A stretch of 64,000 nt of DNA, from NCBI GenBank assembly GCA_045632405.1, contig JAZQWO010000017.1, forward strand, positions 12,512-76,511, in the 5' to 3' direction. The position numbers and the translations under genes are program-made. The DNA comes from Eubacteriales bacterium. Lineage in GTDB: Bacteria > Bacillota > Clostridia > Oscillospirales > CAG-272. This document shows positions 20,177-29,790 of the stretch, in pieces; position 1 is the first letter of the stretch; each line of letters opens with the position of its first letter. The notes under the pieces were generated by a model, which searched no databases, was not told the DNA's origin, and saw only the letters and a program-made list of their open reading frames with translations.

Positions 20177-20500
20177 TTACTGCTGGTCTTGCTGTTCTTT
20201 TTGGATTCTCTTTAGATGCTTTGCTGTTCTGTGAGCATCTCTAAGTCCGTTCTTGTAACCAATAGCAGCCATCATATGACTACCAAAACGGGTTGAAATA
20301 TGCTCGTAATCTCCAGCTCCGGAATTATAACCAACATGATATGCTTGTTTCCAATCAGTTTGGGTTTCGCTATAGGTCTTTTTGCCCTTTTCCCAACCTT
20401 TTTTGGTTACTTCTTTGGTTTTACCCCAAGCCTTCTTTGTGTTTTCCTTGGTCTTTCCCCAAGCTTCCTTTGCTTTTTCTTTTGTTGGTGATACTGACAT
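20177..20500 (-). CDS. basic protein with 11-mer amphipathic repeats
   Basis: KEAWGKTKENT-KKAWGKTKEVT-KKGWEKGKKTY. Confidence 0.7.
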   Translation of the reverse strand: MSVSPTKEKAKEAWGKTKENTKKAWGKTKEVTKKGWEKGKKTYSETQTDWKQAYHVGYNSGAGDYEHISTRFGSHMMAAIGYKNGLRDAHRTAKHLKRIQKEQQDQQ

Positions 20501-20501
20501 A

Positions 20502-22118
20502 TTAAGCCACCTCACCTTCATCTGGTGTAGGAACAACTGTTACAGGTGTTTCAACAGCATTTCCTTGATTGTCAAATACTATTGCTACATTTGCGAACTC
20601 TCTTTCAGGGTTGCACATACCGTAACCAATGTCTTGTGGCTCTGTATAAATTGCCTCGTAAACGAATATATCACCTGCTTTTGCAGTTATTTCACACTCT
20701 GGAAGAATGTAGCCTGCAAGTCCTGCTCCGTGGTGTCCTGTTCCAATACCTGCTGCGTTAATACCGCCTTGTGCATTGATAACTGTATCTTCACCGATAA
20801 TTTCTATATAACATACACCGTAGTTTGTTTGACAGTATGTATCATAACCTGTTCCAATGCCTGCGCCGTATTGACCGCCTGTTACATTGATTTTAGAATT
20901 ATCAATGAAAATCTTTACATACTGGTCCTTGCTTACATTCTTGTAAACACGGCTACCACCAATGCCGGCTGATGCTGTTCCACCGATTACTTCCTCAAAA
21001 TTACAATTTTGAATTGTAATATCAACCGCAGTCCAATAAAGAGCTCCGATTGCTGCACTCTTAGAGCCGCCTTCAGCTTTCTTTACTGTTACGTTCTTCA
21101 TTTTAAGAATGCCTGAGTCATAGTCGCCATCAACACCACAACCGACACCGATAGCACAACCACCTTCGGCTTCTGCCTTACCATAGCTTAAATCACTTGC
21201 TATAAATGTATCCTGTGCAAATCCGCCCTTGGCATATTCAATAACGGTATTTTCAATAACTACAACTGACTTATCTCCACCACCAATACCAAAAGCCTTA
21301 TTACCATAACCCTTAGCTGTGAGTGAAGCCATATCCTTAATGGTTAGTGAACCTATGTTCTTGACGGCATTTCCTATGCCACTACCCCTCTTATTCATAT
21401 ATGTTTCATCATCTGTGTTATCATAGCCCTCAATACCTGTGTATTCAAGACCGTTATTACCTACCGCTACAAGCGTATCACCTGTAAGTAAAAGCTTTGT
21501 TCCATAAGGAACTTCGATACCATCACCGTCTTTTGCACCTGTTAAAGATACATTACCTACGATTTTTGCTGTAATATCTGCACCGTCAAGGAGAGCTAAA
21601 CCGCTATCTCCCTCAGTTGTTGCCAATGACATTACATTATCAAGAATGAGAGTTCCTTTGCCACCAATGTCAATTCCATTGAAATGACCGTTCATAATGG
21701 TAAGTTTACCTTCTTCAAGCTGAACACTTACAGGCTTATCGAAATCTTCAGAGAAAATAAAGGTTACTTCCTTATTGCCAAGTGAAATTGGCTCTGAAAA
21801 CTCAATGGTTGAAGGAATCGCTATTGCTGCACCACTTTCAATAGTTTCAAGTGCTGTCGCAAGCTCTGTTAAATCTTCAATTTCAATGATTTCAGGTTCG
21901 CTTGGCTCGTCAGTTGGCTTATCATTTGGATCTTCGATATCAACATTTGTATCGCCTGTGCCGGTATCTGTGCTTGTATCGGTATTAGTGTCAGTTGTTG
22001 AATCTGTGCCTGTGTCTGTTGAATTATCTGGAGCGTCTGGTGTAACCCAAATCGCAACTGCTCCAATGGCTGCGATTGCTAAGAATACTGCTAAAAAAAT
22101 CATTATAAATTTCTTCAT
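20502..22118 (-). CDS. membrane-anchored beta-helix adhesin-like protein
   Basis: N-terminal TM, Thr/Asp-rich stalk, repeated AGIG(G/T)G motifs. Confidence 0.75.
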   Translation of the reverse strand: MKKFIMIFLAVFLAIAAIGAVAIWVTPDAPDNSTDTGTDSTTDTNTDTSTDTGTGDTNVDIEDPNDKPTDEPSEPEIIEIEDLTELATALETIESGAAIAIPSTIEFSEPISLGNKEVTFIFSEDFDKPVSVQLEEGKLTIMNGHFNGIDIGGKGTLILDNVMSLATTEGDSGLALLDGADITAKIVGNVSLTGAKDGDGIEVPYGTKLLLTGDTLVAVGNNGLEYTGIEGYDNTDDETYMNKRGSGIGNAVKNIGSLTIKDMASLTAKGYGNKAFGIGGGDKSVVVIENTVIEYAKGGFAQDTFIASDLSYGKAEAEGGCAIGVGCGVDGDYDSGILKMKNVTVKKAEGGSKSAAIGALYWTAVDITIQNCNFEEVIGGTASAGIGGSRVYKNVSKDQYVKIFIDNSKINVTGGQYGAGIGTGYDTYCQTNYGVCYIEIIGEDTVINAQGGINAAGIGTGHHGAGLAGYILPECEITAKAGDIFVYEAIYTEPQDIGYGMCNPEREFANVAIVFDNQGNAVETPVTVVPTPDEGEVA

Positions 22119-22174
22119 AAAACTCCTTTCTGCGCAAGTGGGAATTTAATCCCACCTACGACTTAAAATTTAAT

Positions 22175-24181
22175 TTATTGTGTTGTGTTTTGATTAGATT
22201 CTTCCTGTTCTTTAGGCTTGTCCCGCTTCTTTTTTACGGCTTTCCATAATAGTTTGAATGGGAACGTTATAGCCCATATAATGCCCTTAATTACTACTGC
22301 TATGAGCTTAATAATAAGTGGCAAAATAGGGTAAAAAATCACTACCAAAAGAACAAGAATTAAAAGTGCTAATACTAACTTCCACCATTCAAATTCAAGT
22401 GGTGGAGGTGTAAAACCATTTACGATATCCATAGGGATTGATACAACAGGAATAACATGATAAACGCCATCCTTATTGAATGTAAGCTCTATGATGTCGA
22501 AGTCAAAAAATACGGTTTGCTGTGCTACGTATATGTCTGTGCTATTTATGTTTTGAACATGTGGAGCAAAGGCAGGAGCACAATAATAGTCCGTATTTGC
22601 AAAACGGAACAGAATAACTCTTTCGTTATTAGCTTTTGCTTCATCGAAAAAATCCTCTAAATCGTCAACGTCATCAGAATTAACCAATAGTCTTTTGGCA
22701 ACATCGTCTGGATCTCCGGAAAAATCACTTTCCTTTACTTCATAAATCGGTGCTACATCCTTGTATTCTTCGCTGGTATCAGGCCAAGAAAAACCATAAT
22801 CCCAAAACTTATTCCACCAATTATGAGTACTATCATAACTATTCAAATCAAAAATATCACCTAAATCAATGGTTTTGTCGTTGTAGCCCATTGTTCTACC
22901 ACTATCAACATATGTTTCAAACAAATCCTTGCTGATTTTTCTGCCATTACAGTCAATATATCCGTTTCCAAGATTATTAGAATAGCTATAAATCCATTCT
23001 GCAACCTGTGTACTATCAACCGAACCGGCTATTGGATCAGAGTACAGATATTTGAATACGCTATCTACATCAACAGCAGGAGAATAGAAGGCATAAGGCA
23101 TAATATTTGATACTTTTTTGCTTGTATATGTTTGAGAAAAAAGTCCTGTTTGTGAGGTTAAATTCTTATTGTAAGTCCAATCAAAATAGTGATTTGCATA
23201 ACCATTTCCGCTTTGTCCGTAATAACCGCTATACAAAAAATTATCTACCGATGAATTGTATTCTCCTGTATATGTACCCGTATATGGCAAAAGTGTGTTT
23301 TTATAATAGTCATAATTAGAAGTGATGGCTGCCATTTTGGTCTTATATTCCCACCATTCAGCTCGTATTTTTTGCAGATTACCATATTCCTCGAAAATTC
23401 GGTTTGGCACTGCAAAATATACCGTGTTTACCTCGTTATAATGGTCTGCACCAAGACTTGACACTCCTGTTCTGTAATTGGTGTGGTGAACCTCTAATGA
23501 TAATGTTTCAAGGTTTTCTACTGTGCAATTAAGGTTAGACTCTGCGTTTTCATCAGGTCCATAGCCCTTAGCATAACCTGTGAACTTATATGTACCACCT
23601 ACCCCATATTCTATTACATTGGTATTTCCATTCGTAAGAAGCTCAATACCTGATACCTTGTACACTCTTTCATTGGAGTTTACTCGGTCTATGAGAGTTT
23701 TTCCGTCCTTGCCTTCTTTATCAACAATTTTGAACTTGTAAAACAATCCTTTATAGTTGCTTTGGTTCGCTTCGTTAATAAATTCAAGCTCGAATTTGTC
23801 GTAATGCTCTCCAAATTCATCAGAATATGTTGCTAACTGAATTTTGTTTTGCTTTGAAGTTTTGTCTATATCTAAACCTTGTGGGTTATACACATAAACA
23901 TAAAGCCCAAAATCGTCCTTCTTGCTTTCCTTGTAAGTGTAGCAAAACTCTATAAAGCTAAGAATTTGTATGCTGCTTTTCTCATTAAAAGGAAAGTTTT
24001 TGATGTCAAATGGCAATCCGTTTACTGTTGAAGAAAACAAATCGTCAAGTACGTTTGAACTCTCAAAGCTTAGTCCATTAGATGTCCCTGCCGCAACAAC
24101 GCTTAAAGGGTAAAATACTGATGTTAGAAGTATTAAAACTACTGACAACAAACAAAAAATAGATTTTTTGAGTTTACTCAT
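22175..24181 (-). CDS. type I membrane protein (signal peptide, large ectodomain, C-terminal TM, basic tail); spike/attachment candidate
   Basis: MSKLKK..VVAA signal; WWKLVLALLILVLLVVIFYP.. anchor; KKKRDK tail. Confidence 0.75.
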   Translation of the reverse strand: MSKLKKSIFCLLSVVLILLTSVFYPLSVVAAGTSNGLSFESSNVLDDLFSSTVNGLPFDIKNFPFNEKSSIQILSFIEFCYTYKESKKDDFGLYVYVYNPQGLDIDKTSKQNKIQLATYSDEFGEHYDKFELEFINEANQSNYKGLFYKFKIVDKEGKDGKTLIDRVNSNERVYKVSGIELLTNGNTNVIEYGVGGTYKFTGYAKGYGPDENAESNLNCTVENLETLSLEVHHTNYRTGVSSLGADHYNEVNTVYFAVPNRIFEEYGNLQKIRAEWWEYKTKMAAITSNYDYYKNTLLPYTGTYTGEYNSSVDNFLYSGYYGQSGNGYANHYFDWTYNKNLTSQTGLFSQTYTSKKVSNIMPYAFYSPAVDVDSVFKYLYSDPIAGSVDSTQVAEWIYSYSNNLGNGYIDCNGRKISKDLFETYVDSGRTMGYNDKTIDLGDIFDLNSYDSTHNWWNKFWDYGFSWPDTSEEYKDVAPIYEVKESDFSGDPDDVAKRLLVNSDDVDDLEDFFDEAKANNERVILFRFANTDYYCAPAFAPHVQNINSTDIYVAQQTVFFDFDIIELTFNKDGVYHVIPVVSIPMDIVNGFTPPPLEFEWWKLVLALLILVLLVVIFYPILPLIIKLIAVVIKGIIWAITFPFKLLWKAVKKKRDKPKEQEESNQNTTQ

Positions 24182-24192
24182 ATCTACACCCC

Positions 24193-24780
24193 CTACTCAT
24201 TTATAGGTACAGGCGTATTCATTTCCGATTTATGCTTTGCATCCTCAGCATTGTTGAAATGGATTTTAACTGATGCTTCACCGTCGTTTGAATACACAAC
24301 TAAAGTGTACATATTGTCATAATCTACATTATGATTATGTGAAAGTGTTTCTCCGTCTTGTACAAGTTCTTCAAGGTAAACATTTGTTAAAATCATACCT
24401 AAACAGCCTTTTGATTTGATTGTGAAATAAGTATCTTCTTTTTCAATAATGAACCCTTTTGTCAAATCTGGTATTGCTTGGAATGATTTTTCCGTTTCTC
24501 CGAGCTTATATGTAAAATCCTTACCGGCTATTGCATTTGGAACAACCATTACGGAATAGCCTGACATATCTTTTTCTCCACCGAAATCAAAGGTATAACC
24601 TAAATCGACTTTCAATGGTGTAGTGCTTGAAACGGTATAACCGCTTCCTGTATCGAAAATTGTGTCCTCTCCGACTCTTGCATACATGGTATAGCCACTA
24701 AAATACATAGCTATACCAATAAGACCTACAAGAACAGCGATTAAAATAATGAATTTAGCTACCGAAATCGCAATCTTCAC
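24193..24780 (-). CDS. N-anchored membrane protein, paralog of upstream gene
   Basis: N-terminal TM; GYSVMVV..DLTKGFIIEKEDTYFTI. Confidence 0.7.
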   Translation of the reverse strand: MKIAISVAKFIILIAVLVGLIGIAMYFSGYTMYARVGEDTIFDTGSGYTVSSTTPLKVDLGYTFDFGGEKDMSGYSVMVVPNAIAGKDFTYKLGETEKSFQAIPDLTKGFIIEKEDTYFTIKSKGCLGMILTNVYLEELVQDGETLSHNHNVDYDNMYTLVVYSNDGEASVKIHFNNAEDAKHKSEMNTPVPINE

Positions 24781-25375
24781 TAAAACCACCTCCGAAATAC
24801 GGTGTGTTGCCGTCTATATTTAGTCCTTCTGCTTTGTATTCGCATCTAAAAGGTAAAGTATAGACAGCAGTTCCATCTTCCAAATGAACCACTATTTGAT
24901 AGAATGCTTTTGAGCAATCCACTTCATCAGGGAAATATACACTTTTATCGGAATATACCCACTCAATAACATCTGTTGCTTTGAATTTTTCAGCAAGAGT
25001 AATAGTAAAATATTCCTCTTGCTTATCAATTTCAAAAAACTCTGTTACGTCGGATTTTGTTGCATAAAACGAAGAGTCTTTACCTTGAATTTTAAAGTAA
25101 AAGTTGTTTCCGTTCGGTATGGTTTCAACCGTTACATAATACCCTTGCTTTTCTTCCTCTAAGCCTTCGAAATATGCAATATCAAAACGCTCCGCTGTTC
25201 CTCTATCAAGCATCAGCTCTGTTGAACTGTTTGTAATTTGAGTGCCTTCATGCACTAAGTAAAAGTTAGCCTTTTTTGACTCTCTTACAACATTGATACT
25301 TATAAAAGCTACTAAGGCTACCGCAAGAAGCACTACAATCACTATTGCACAAATTCTTATCACCTTATTGCTCAT
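24755..25375 (-). CDS. N-anchored membrane protein, paralog of downstream gene
   Basis: N-terminal TM; GYYVTVE..DVTEFFEIDKQEEYFTI. Confidence 0.7.
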   Translation of the reverse strand: MSNKVIRICAIVIVVLLAVALVAFISINVVRESKKANFYLVHEGTQITNSSTELMLDRGTAERFDIAYFEGLEEEKQGYYVTVETIPNGNNFYFKIQGKDSSFYATKSDVTEFFEIDKQEEYFTITLAEKFKATDVIEWVYSDKSVYFPDEVDCSKAFYQIVVHLEDGTAVYTLPFRCEYKAEGLNIDGNTPYFGGGFSEDCDFGS

Positions 25376-25383
25376 ATATCAAA

Positions 25384-26550
25384 TCACTCTCCAAACTTCA
25401 TATAATCAAGCTCTGTAGCATTGAAATTAAAGGTCGTTTGGTTAAGAGTAATAGCTGTTGGCGCAACACCGCTATTTACAATATCCCTTACCTTAATTTC
25501 AAAATTAATTCTGTGTCCTGTTGGATGGATAACCTCAAGCAAGAAAAATGTATCCGTGCCACTTTCCTTAGCATTTGTAAGGATTTCCGCAAGTAAAGCA
25601 GGGTCCATTTTGTCAATGTTATATGTTGTGCCACTTGAGTCCTTAACTAAATATGCTCCTAAGTTAGAAAGGCTATCTACATCAAAATACAAGATTTTTT
25701 CTCTTGAAAACTCGCTATAACAAAAGTTAGGCATACCTGTATATTTCATACCGTCTGCTGTCATACCCATAAAGGATGACATAGAAGCATCAGAGCCGAG
25801 ATTTGAGTTACCACCGATAATACCCCACTGTGAAAGGTCAGTAGCATCATAGCTATCACTATCCCAAGACTCGATTGTGTAAACATCAGTAAAGTCAACA
25901 TCAAGTGTTACCTTACCACCTGTACCTTTATTACCTGTTGCAACCTCAAAGTCAGCATAATTTACGCCGGGAGTAAATACATAATCATCACCTACTTTAA
26001 GGCTTACACTCTCTACACGACGCATATATTCAAGAGGGCAAGAGTCATTTACAGTTGCATTTTCTCTTGAAATAACATTTACAATGATTTGCTCGCCAAA
26101 TGGCTGCAAACATTCAAGTGTAGCAGTTAAGCTACCGTCCTCGGTAGGTGTAATTGTTACGTAATCAGTTACAGTTTTACCTGTTGCCCATTCGCTATCT
26201 GGGTTTGCAAATGAAACAGTCCAATCTACTGCTGTTTTGGTAGCATAAGACGGTTCTACTGTTGCTACAAGTGTGATACCTTCGCCTGCTGTTCTTGAAT
26301 AGGCTGTAGGTGTTGCAAATACCATTCCAGAACGTGCCATTTTATATGACATATTTGACACCATCGGTGTACCGTCCATCATAGCTACGTCGGGAATGTT
26401 ATCAAGGTTTTGGTTAATGTTTTCTGTGTTTTCACCCGTATCTGTGGATGAATTATCCGTGTTTTGGTCCTCTGGTGAGCAACTTGCCATAATTACACAA
26501 GTAAGCAAAATAAGGACACTTAAAATGATTGATAAAATTCTCTTTTTCAT
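25384..26550 (-). CDS. lipoprotein with Ig-like (Big_2-like) domain
   Basis: lipobox MASC; ITLVATVEPSYATKTAVDW Ig-like motif; AGGAGG RBS. Confidence 0.7.
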   Translation of the reverse strand: MKKRILSIILSVLILLTCVIMASCSPEDQNTDNSSTDTGENTENINQNLDNIPDVAMMDGTPMVSNMSYKMARSGMVFATPTAYSRTAGEGITLVATVEPSYATKTAVDWTVSFANPDSEWATGKTVTDYVTITPTEDGSLTATLECLQPFGEQIIVNVISRENATVNDSCPLEYMRRVESVSLKVGDDYVFTPGVNYADFEVATGNKGTGGKVTLDVDFTDVYTIESWDSDSYDATDLSQWGIIGGNSNLGSDASMSSFMGMTADGMKYTGMPNFCYSEFSREKILYFDVDSLSNLGAYLVKDSSGTTYNIDKMDPALLAEILTNAKESGTDTFFLLEVIHPTGHRINFEIKVRDIVNSGVAPTAITLNQTTFNFNATELDYMKFGE

Positions 26551-26650
26551 TAAAAATCCTCCTAAAAATTTGATTTTAAAGTATAAAATAGGCTTGTGCT
26601 CGTATTTGAACACAAGCCCATTTCGTTAGTTATTAAGCTCTTGATTTATC

Positions 26651-26989
26651 TTATCTTAAAAGCATATCAAGAAGCGTCTTGTCGGATGAACGGCTTGGCT
26701 TAATCTTACACTCGTAAACCTCACCGTTTTCGTCAGCAGAGCAAACTGCGTATGAGTTACCTCTCATTACGTTACCCTTTTCATCCTTAATTTCATAAGG
26801 CTTGAGGACAAGCTCGCATGCCATAGCATCGTTAAATACGATGTCAAGAACTACATAACCGCCGTTATCAGGTGGAACTACGCCAATCTTTACATTACGT
26901 CCTCTGATATTGCCCTTGATAAAGTAACTAAAATAGGTGTTACCATCCTTTTCGAAAGTTTCTCTTTCAACAAAAATCTGTTTGTTCAT
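26651..26989 (-). CDS. small beta-rich protein, possible ssDNA-binding protein
   Basis: strong RBS; size, aromatic beta-strand pattern and position in an RCR element (inference). Confidence 0.45.
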   Translation of the reverse strand: MNKQIFVERETFEKDGNTYFSYFIKGNIRGRNVKIGVVPPDNGGYVVLDIVFNDAMACELVLKPYEIKDEKGNVMRGNSYAVCSADENGEVYECKIKPSRSSDKTLLDMLLR

Positions 26990-27011
26990 TTTTAAATCCT
27001 CCTAAATTTGA

Positions 27012-27332
27012 TTATTTCTTCTTTTTCTTTTGGTTTTGCTTGGAATACTCCATAGCCTGTTCCTTAGTCATGCCAAGTTTTTCTTGTGCATAATAGTACT
27101 TGTAAACACCTGCGTGGTCGTGCTGACACTGGAGATAACCTAAACGAACACCCTGCTCGATATCGGTAAGCTCCTGACCTTCCTTATCGCCCCACATATG
27201 TACACGCTTTCTGTTTTCCTGTGCGTAACCCTTTGCTCTTGTATGAGGGTAAGCCCATCTACCCTTATCATACTTCTTCTTTTCTGCCGGAGCAGCTGAT
27301 GCCGCTGGCTTCTTTGATTTTGAATTTGCCAT
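27012..27332 (-). CDS. highly basic protein, possible nucleic-acid-condensing protein
   Basis: Lys-rich termini MANSKSKK..QKKKKK; AAAGGAG RBS. Confidence 0.65.
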   Translation of the reverse strand: MANSKSKKPAASAAPAEKKKYDKGRWAYPHTRAKGYAQENRKRVHMWGDKEGQELTDIEQGVRLGYLQCQHDHAGVYKYYYAQEKLGMTKEQAMEYSKQNQKKKKK

Positions 27333-27526
27333 CTTCGATAGCTCCTTTCTATAACATAAAAGTAATGGTTCGGCTCTTCGCCTATATTCAATTTTCAATT
27401 TGTAATCAGAGTTAATTTAAACATTTTGTTTGTGCGATCTGTTTTGGTCGGTGGCCACCGTTATCTACCTCGTAATACCGCAACAATCAATCGTTTTGTT
27501 TTCGCTCTCTTCGTGATTACGATAAC

Positions 27527-27598
27527 AGTATAGCTAATAAAATTGGCAATTTCTACTATCTGACTCACAAGGTTTTTACTATTACACACAAAGTTTTT
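27527..27598 (-). promoter_or_regulatory. activator-dependent promoter of structural operon
   Basis: AAAAACTTTGTG-N9-AAAAACCTTGTGAGTCA-N28-TATACT. Confidence 0.6.
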
Positions 27599-27741
27599 AA
27601 TCGTATTTTTACTTGATTTTTAGTTGTTTCAAACTGCGCTTTTTTACACTTTTTTAAAAACTTACAAACCCTTTCAAAACCACACTAATTTTGTAGAGAA
27701 AAGAAAAAAGAGCAAGGCAATTTTTGCCCTGCTCCAAGTAA

Positions 27742-27996
27742 TTAAGCTATGTATTTTCTTGTGTATGCAGTTGACGGTAATCGTTTTCCATCCATTTTTC
27801 TGCGATTTACAAATATACAGTTGTATTGAAATTCCCTTATAGGGGTTCTTGCGTAAAATGTATCCTCGCTTAACATATAGCTATCTTTTCCCGGTGATAC
27901 AATAAGTGTCATTTGTTGTTTAACTATATATTCCGGTGTCCTATATACGTTGGTTGCGTTTATCATAAAATCTGGTACAGATTTTCCTGTTTTCAT
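27742..27996 (-). CDS. hypothetical protein
   Basis: ATGA-coupled to upstream gene. Confidence 0.6.
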   Translation of the reverse strand: MKTGKSVPDFMINATNVYRTPEYIVKQQMTLIVSPGKDSYMLSEDTFYARTPIREFQYNCIFVNRRKMDGKRLPSTAYTRKYIA

Positions 27997-28304
27997 GCGA
28001 CTTCCTCCTTGTTTAATTCTTCAACAAAGAATTTGACTAATCTCTTATTCAAATTCCACACATGGTTTAATGAAAAATTCATCATAGATGCTGTTGCTTC
28101 TTGTGTATTGTTTTTAACATACATATTAAGATAAAGCTCATAAAGCTTTGGTGGTAGCTTTGATAGCATAGAGCTATATTTATCTACCTTTTTTACTATA
28201 TCGCACATACCGTAAACATCAAATGCTTTTTGAAACATTTCCTGCTTACCGTAAAAATATTTGATTTCCGCTAAATCCTCTTTTACTTGTTTTTCTGTTA
28301 TCAT
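27993..28304 (-). CDS. sigma-70 region 4-like / RinA-ArpU-like transcriptional activator
   Basis: LPPKLYELYLNMYVKNNTQEATASMMNFSLNHV HTH pattern. Confidence 0.6.
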   Translation of the reverse strand: MITEKQVKEDLAEIKYFYGKQEMFQKAFDVYGMCDIVKKVDKYSSMLSKLPPKLYELYLNMYVKNNTQEATASMMNFSLNHVWNLNKRLVKFFVEELNKEEVA

Positions 28305-28495
28305 TATTATGCTCCTATTTGTTTAAAAAAGAAACCTCTACAAATAGTAATCTGCCTTTCTTTCGGTCAGACTCTATTCGTAGAGGTAATTGACTAATTA
28401 CTTTGCACGAATCTTATTTATATGGTAGGGAACACGGTTTTACCATTTGCTCTGTTTCAGCACGACCTTAGATTTGCCATATAAACGTTAAATTT

Positions 28496-28702
28496 TTAAC
28501 TATGAATTACACGATATCTTGTTTCGTTTGTGGAAATTTGTTGGCACATTACAGTTGATTTGCATACTACGCAAACACCTACAATAGTTCCTTTATGTTC
28601 CTTTACATTTGCTATGCTATTAGTGCAGCGAGGACATTTCAACTTTGTGCTTTGCTTATGCCTTTGTTTTTCAAGTTGCATTTTTACCCTCCTTTTTCCC
28701 AT
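28496..28702 (-). CDS. small zinc-ribbon protein
   Basis: CPRC..CVVC. Confidence 0.6.
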   Translation of the reverse strand: MGKRRVKMQLEKQRHKQSTKLKCPRCTNSIANVKEHKGTIVGVCVVCKSTVMCQQISTNETRYRVIHS

Positions 28703-28835
28703 TAGAAGAACGTAAGGTGGAAAAAAGCTAACTATGTTTATATGGTGGGAAAATTCCGATATAATAGCAGGCTAACCTCGTTTTCTTCTTTCATTATTAT
28801 AATCAAGCTCTGCTTAATGGAACAGAGCCGTATTA

Positions 28836-29486
28836 TCATATTACATCTGTGTCTGGCGAATGTATAACATTATCTACAACACCGAGTATTTCCCAATTTC
28901 CTGTTGGGTATATATCTTGGTAAACTCTGTTTCCTTTCGCATCCACCTCATCATTTGCAGGTTTTAAATAATACTTGCCGTTTGCTTTTGCTAATACCTT
29001 TGCAGTTGCTTCTTCGTTTTCTATTCTTGCTATTACTACCTCACCTATGTTTGCATTTGGTTGAACTCTTACCACCATTAAATCTCCATCAAATATGCCA
29101 CGCTTTATCATACTGCGTCCTTTTGCATAGAGAAGAAAGTGTTTGCCGCTTCCAAATATATCAATAGGTAGATTTACAGTTGAAATTACATTTTCTACCG
29201 CAAGTATAGGTTCACCGCAGGAGCATACTCCTACTATGGATGCACTTTCACTTTTTCCTACCTTTAATTCTTTAGGTGTAGATATATATGCACGATTATC
29301 TTGATAAATTAAATCTATCAGTCCTCTTCTTTCAAGCTCCTTTAATGCCCTTGATACTGTTGCTGTAGAATTAACTCTACATTCACTTGCTATCTCTCTT
29401 ACGGTTGGAGCTTCGCCATATTCTCTCTGATATTCTTTTACATATTCTAATATTGTTTTCAAACGTGCTTCATCAAGTTTTCTCAT
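28836..29486 (-). CDS. LexA-like repressor (HTH + S24 peptidase)
   Basis: PTVREIA HTH; CG cleavage-site variant (CSCGEP); catalytic Ser (GRSM) and Lys (ATAK). Confidence 0.9.
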   Translation of the reverse strand: MRKLDEARLKTILEYVKEYQREYGEAPTVREIASECRVNSTATVSRALKELERRGLIDLIYQDNRAYISTPKELKVGKSESASIVGVCSCGEPILAVENVISTVNLPIDIFGSGKHFLLYAKGRSMIKRGIFDGDLMVVRVQPNANIGEVVIARIENEEATAKVLAKANGKYYLKPANDEVDAKGNRVYQDIYPTGNWEILGVVDNVIHSPDTDVI

Positions 29487-29510
29487 ACTACACCCTCCTT
29501 TGCAACATAT

Positions 29511-29563
29511 CGAAACGGGCTGTTTCGTTAATTTATTTTAGCACATAGCGAGTGCTTTGTCAA
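29511..29563 (-). promoter_or_regulatory. sigma-A promoter of repressor with downstream palindromic operator
   Basis: TTGACA-17-TAAAAT; CGAAAC-N5-GTTTCG at 29511-29527. Confidence 0.65.
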
Positions 29564-29607
29564 TACAAAAAATTTAAGTTTTTTACTACTGTCCTAAAAT
29601 CATGACA

Positions 29608-29790
29608 TCACTTTTTATTTCCTGTATATTTACGTCTTTTTTGATAATTTTCGTAGTGTTCAGATATGGCCCTCTCAAGATTTACTACAACAGGAGATAA
29701 ATCATCCGTATGTATATTTTCCAAACGTGGAACGCCGTTAATAAAGACTTTTAACCCGGTCTTATTATTTTTTAGAACGATTTCCTCCAT
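29608..29790 (-). CDS. small hypothetical protein (possible recombination directionality factor)
   Basis: AAGGAGG RBS; divergent from serine recombinase; shares the activator-type promoter. Confidence 0.55.
   Translation of the reverse strand: MEEIVLKNNKTGLKVFINGVPRLENIHTDDLSPVVVNLERAISEHYENYQKRRKYTGNKK

Noticed and set aside
28836-29486. Host lexA gene
   Set aside because: Lies inside the AT-rich element, with a variant cleavage site and operator; treated as an element repressor
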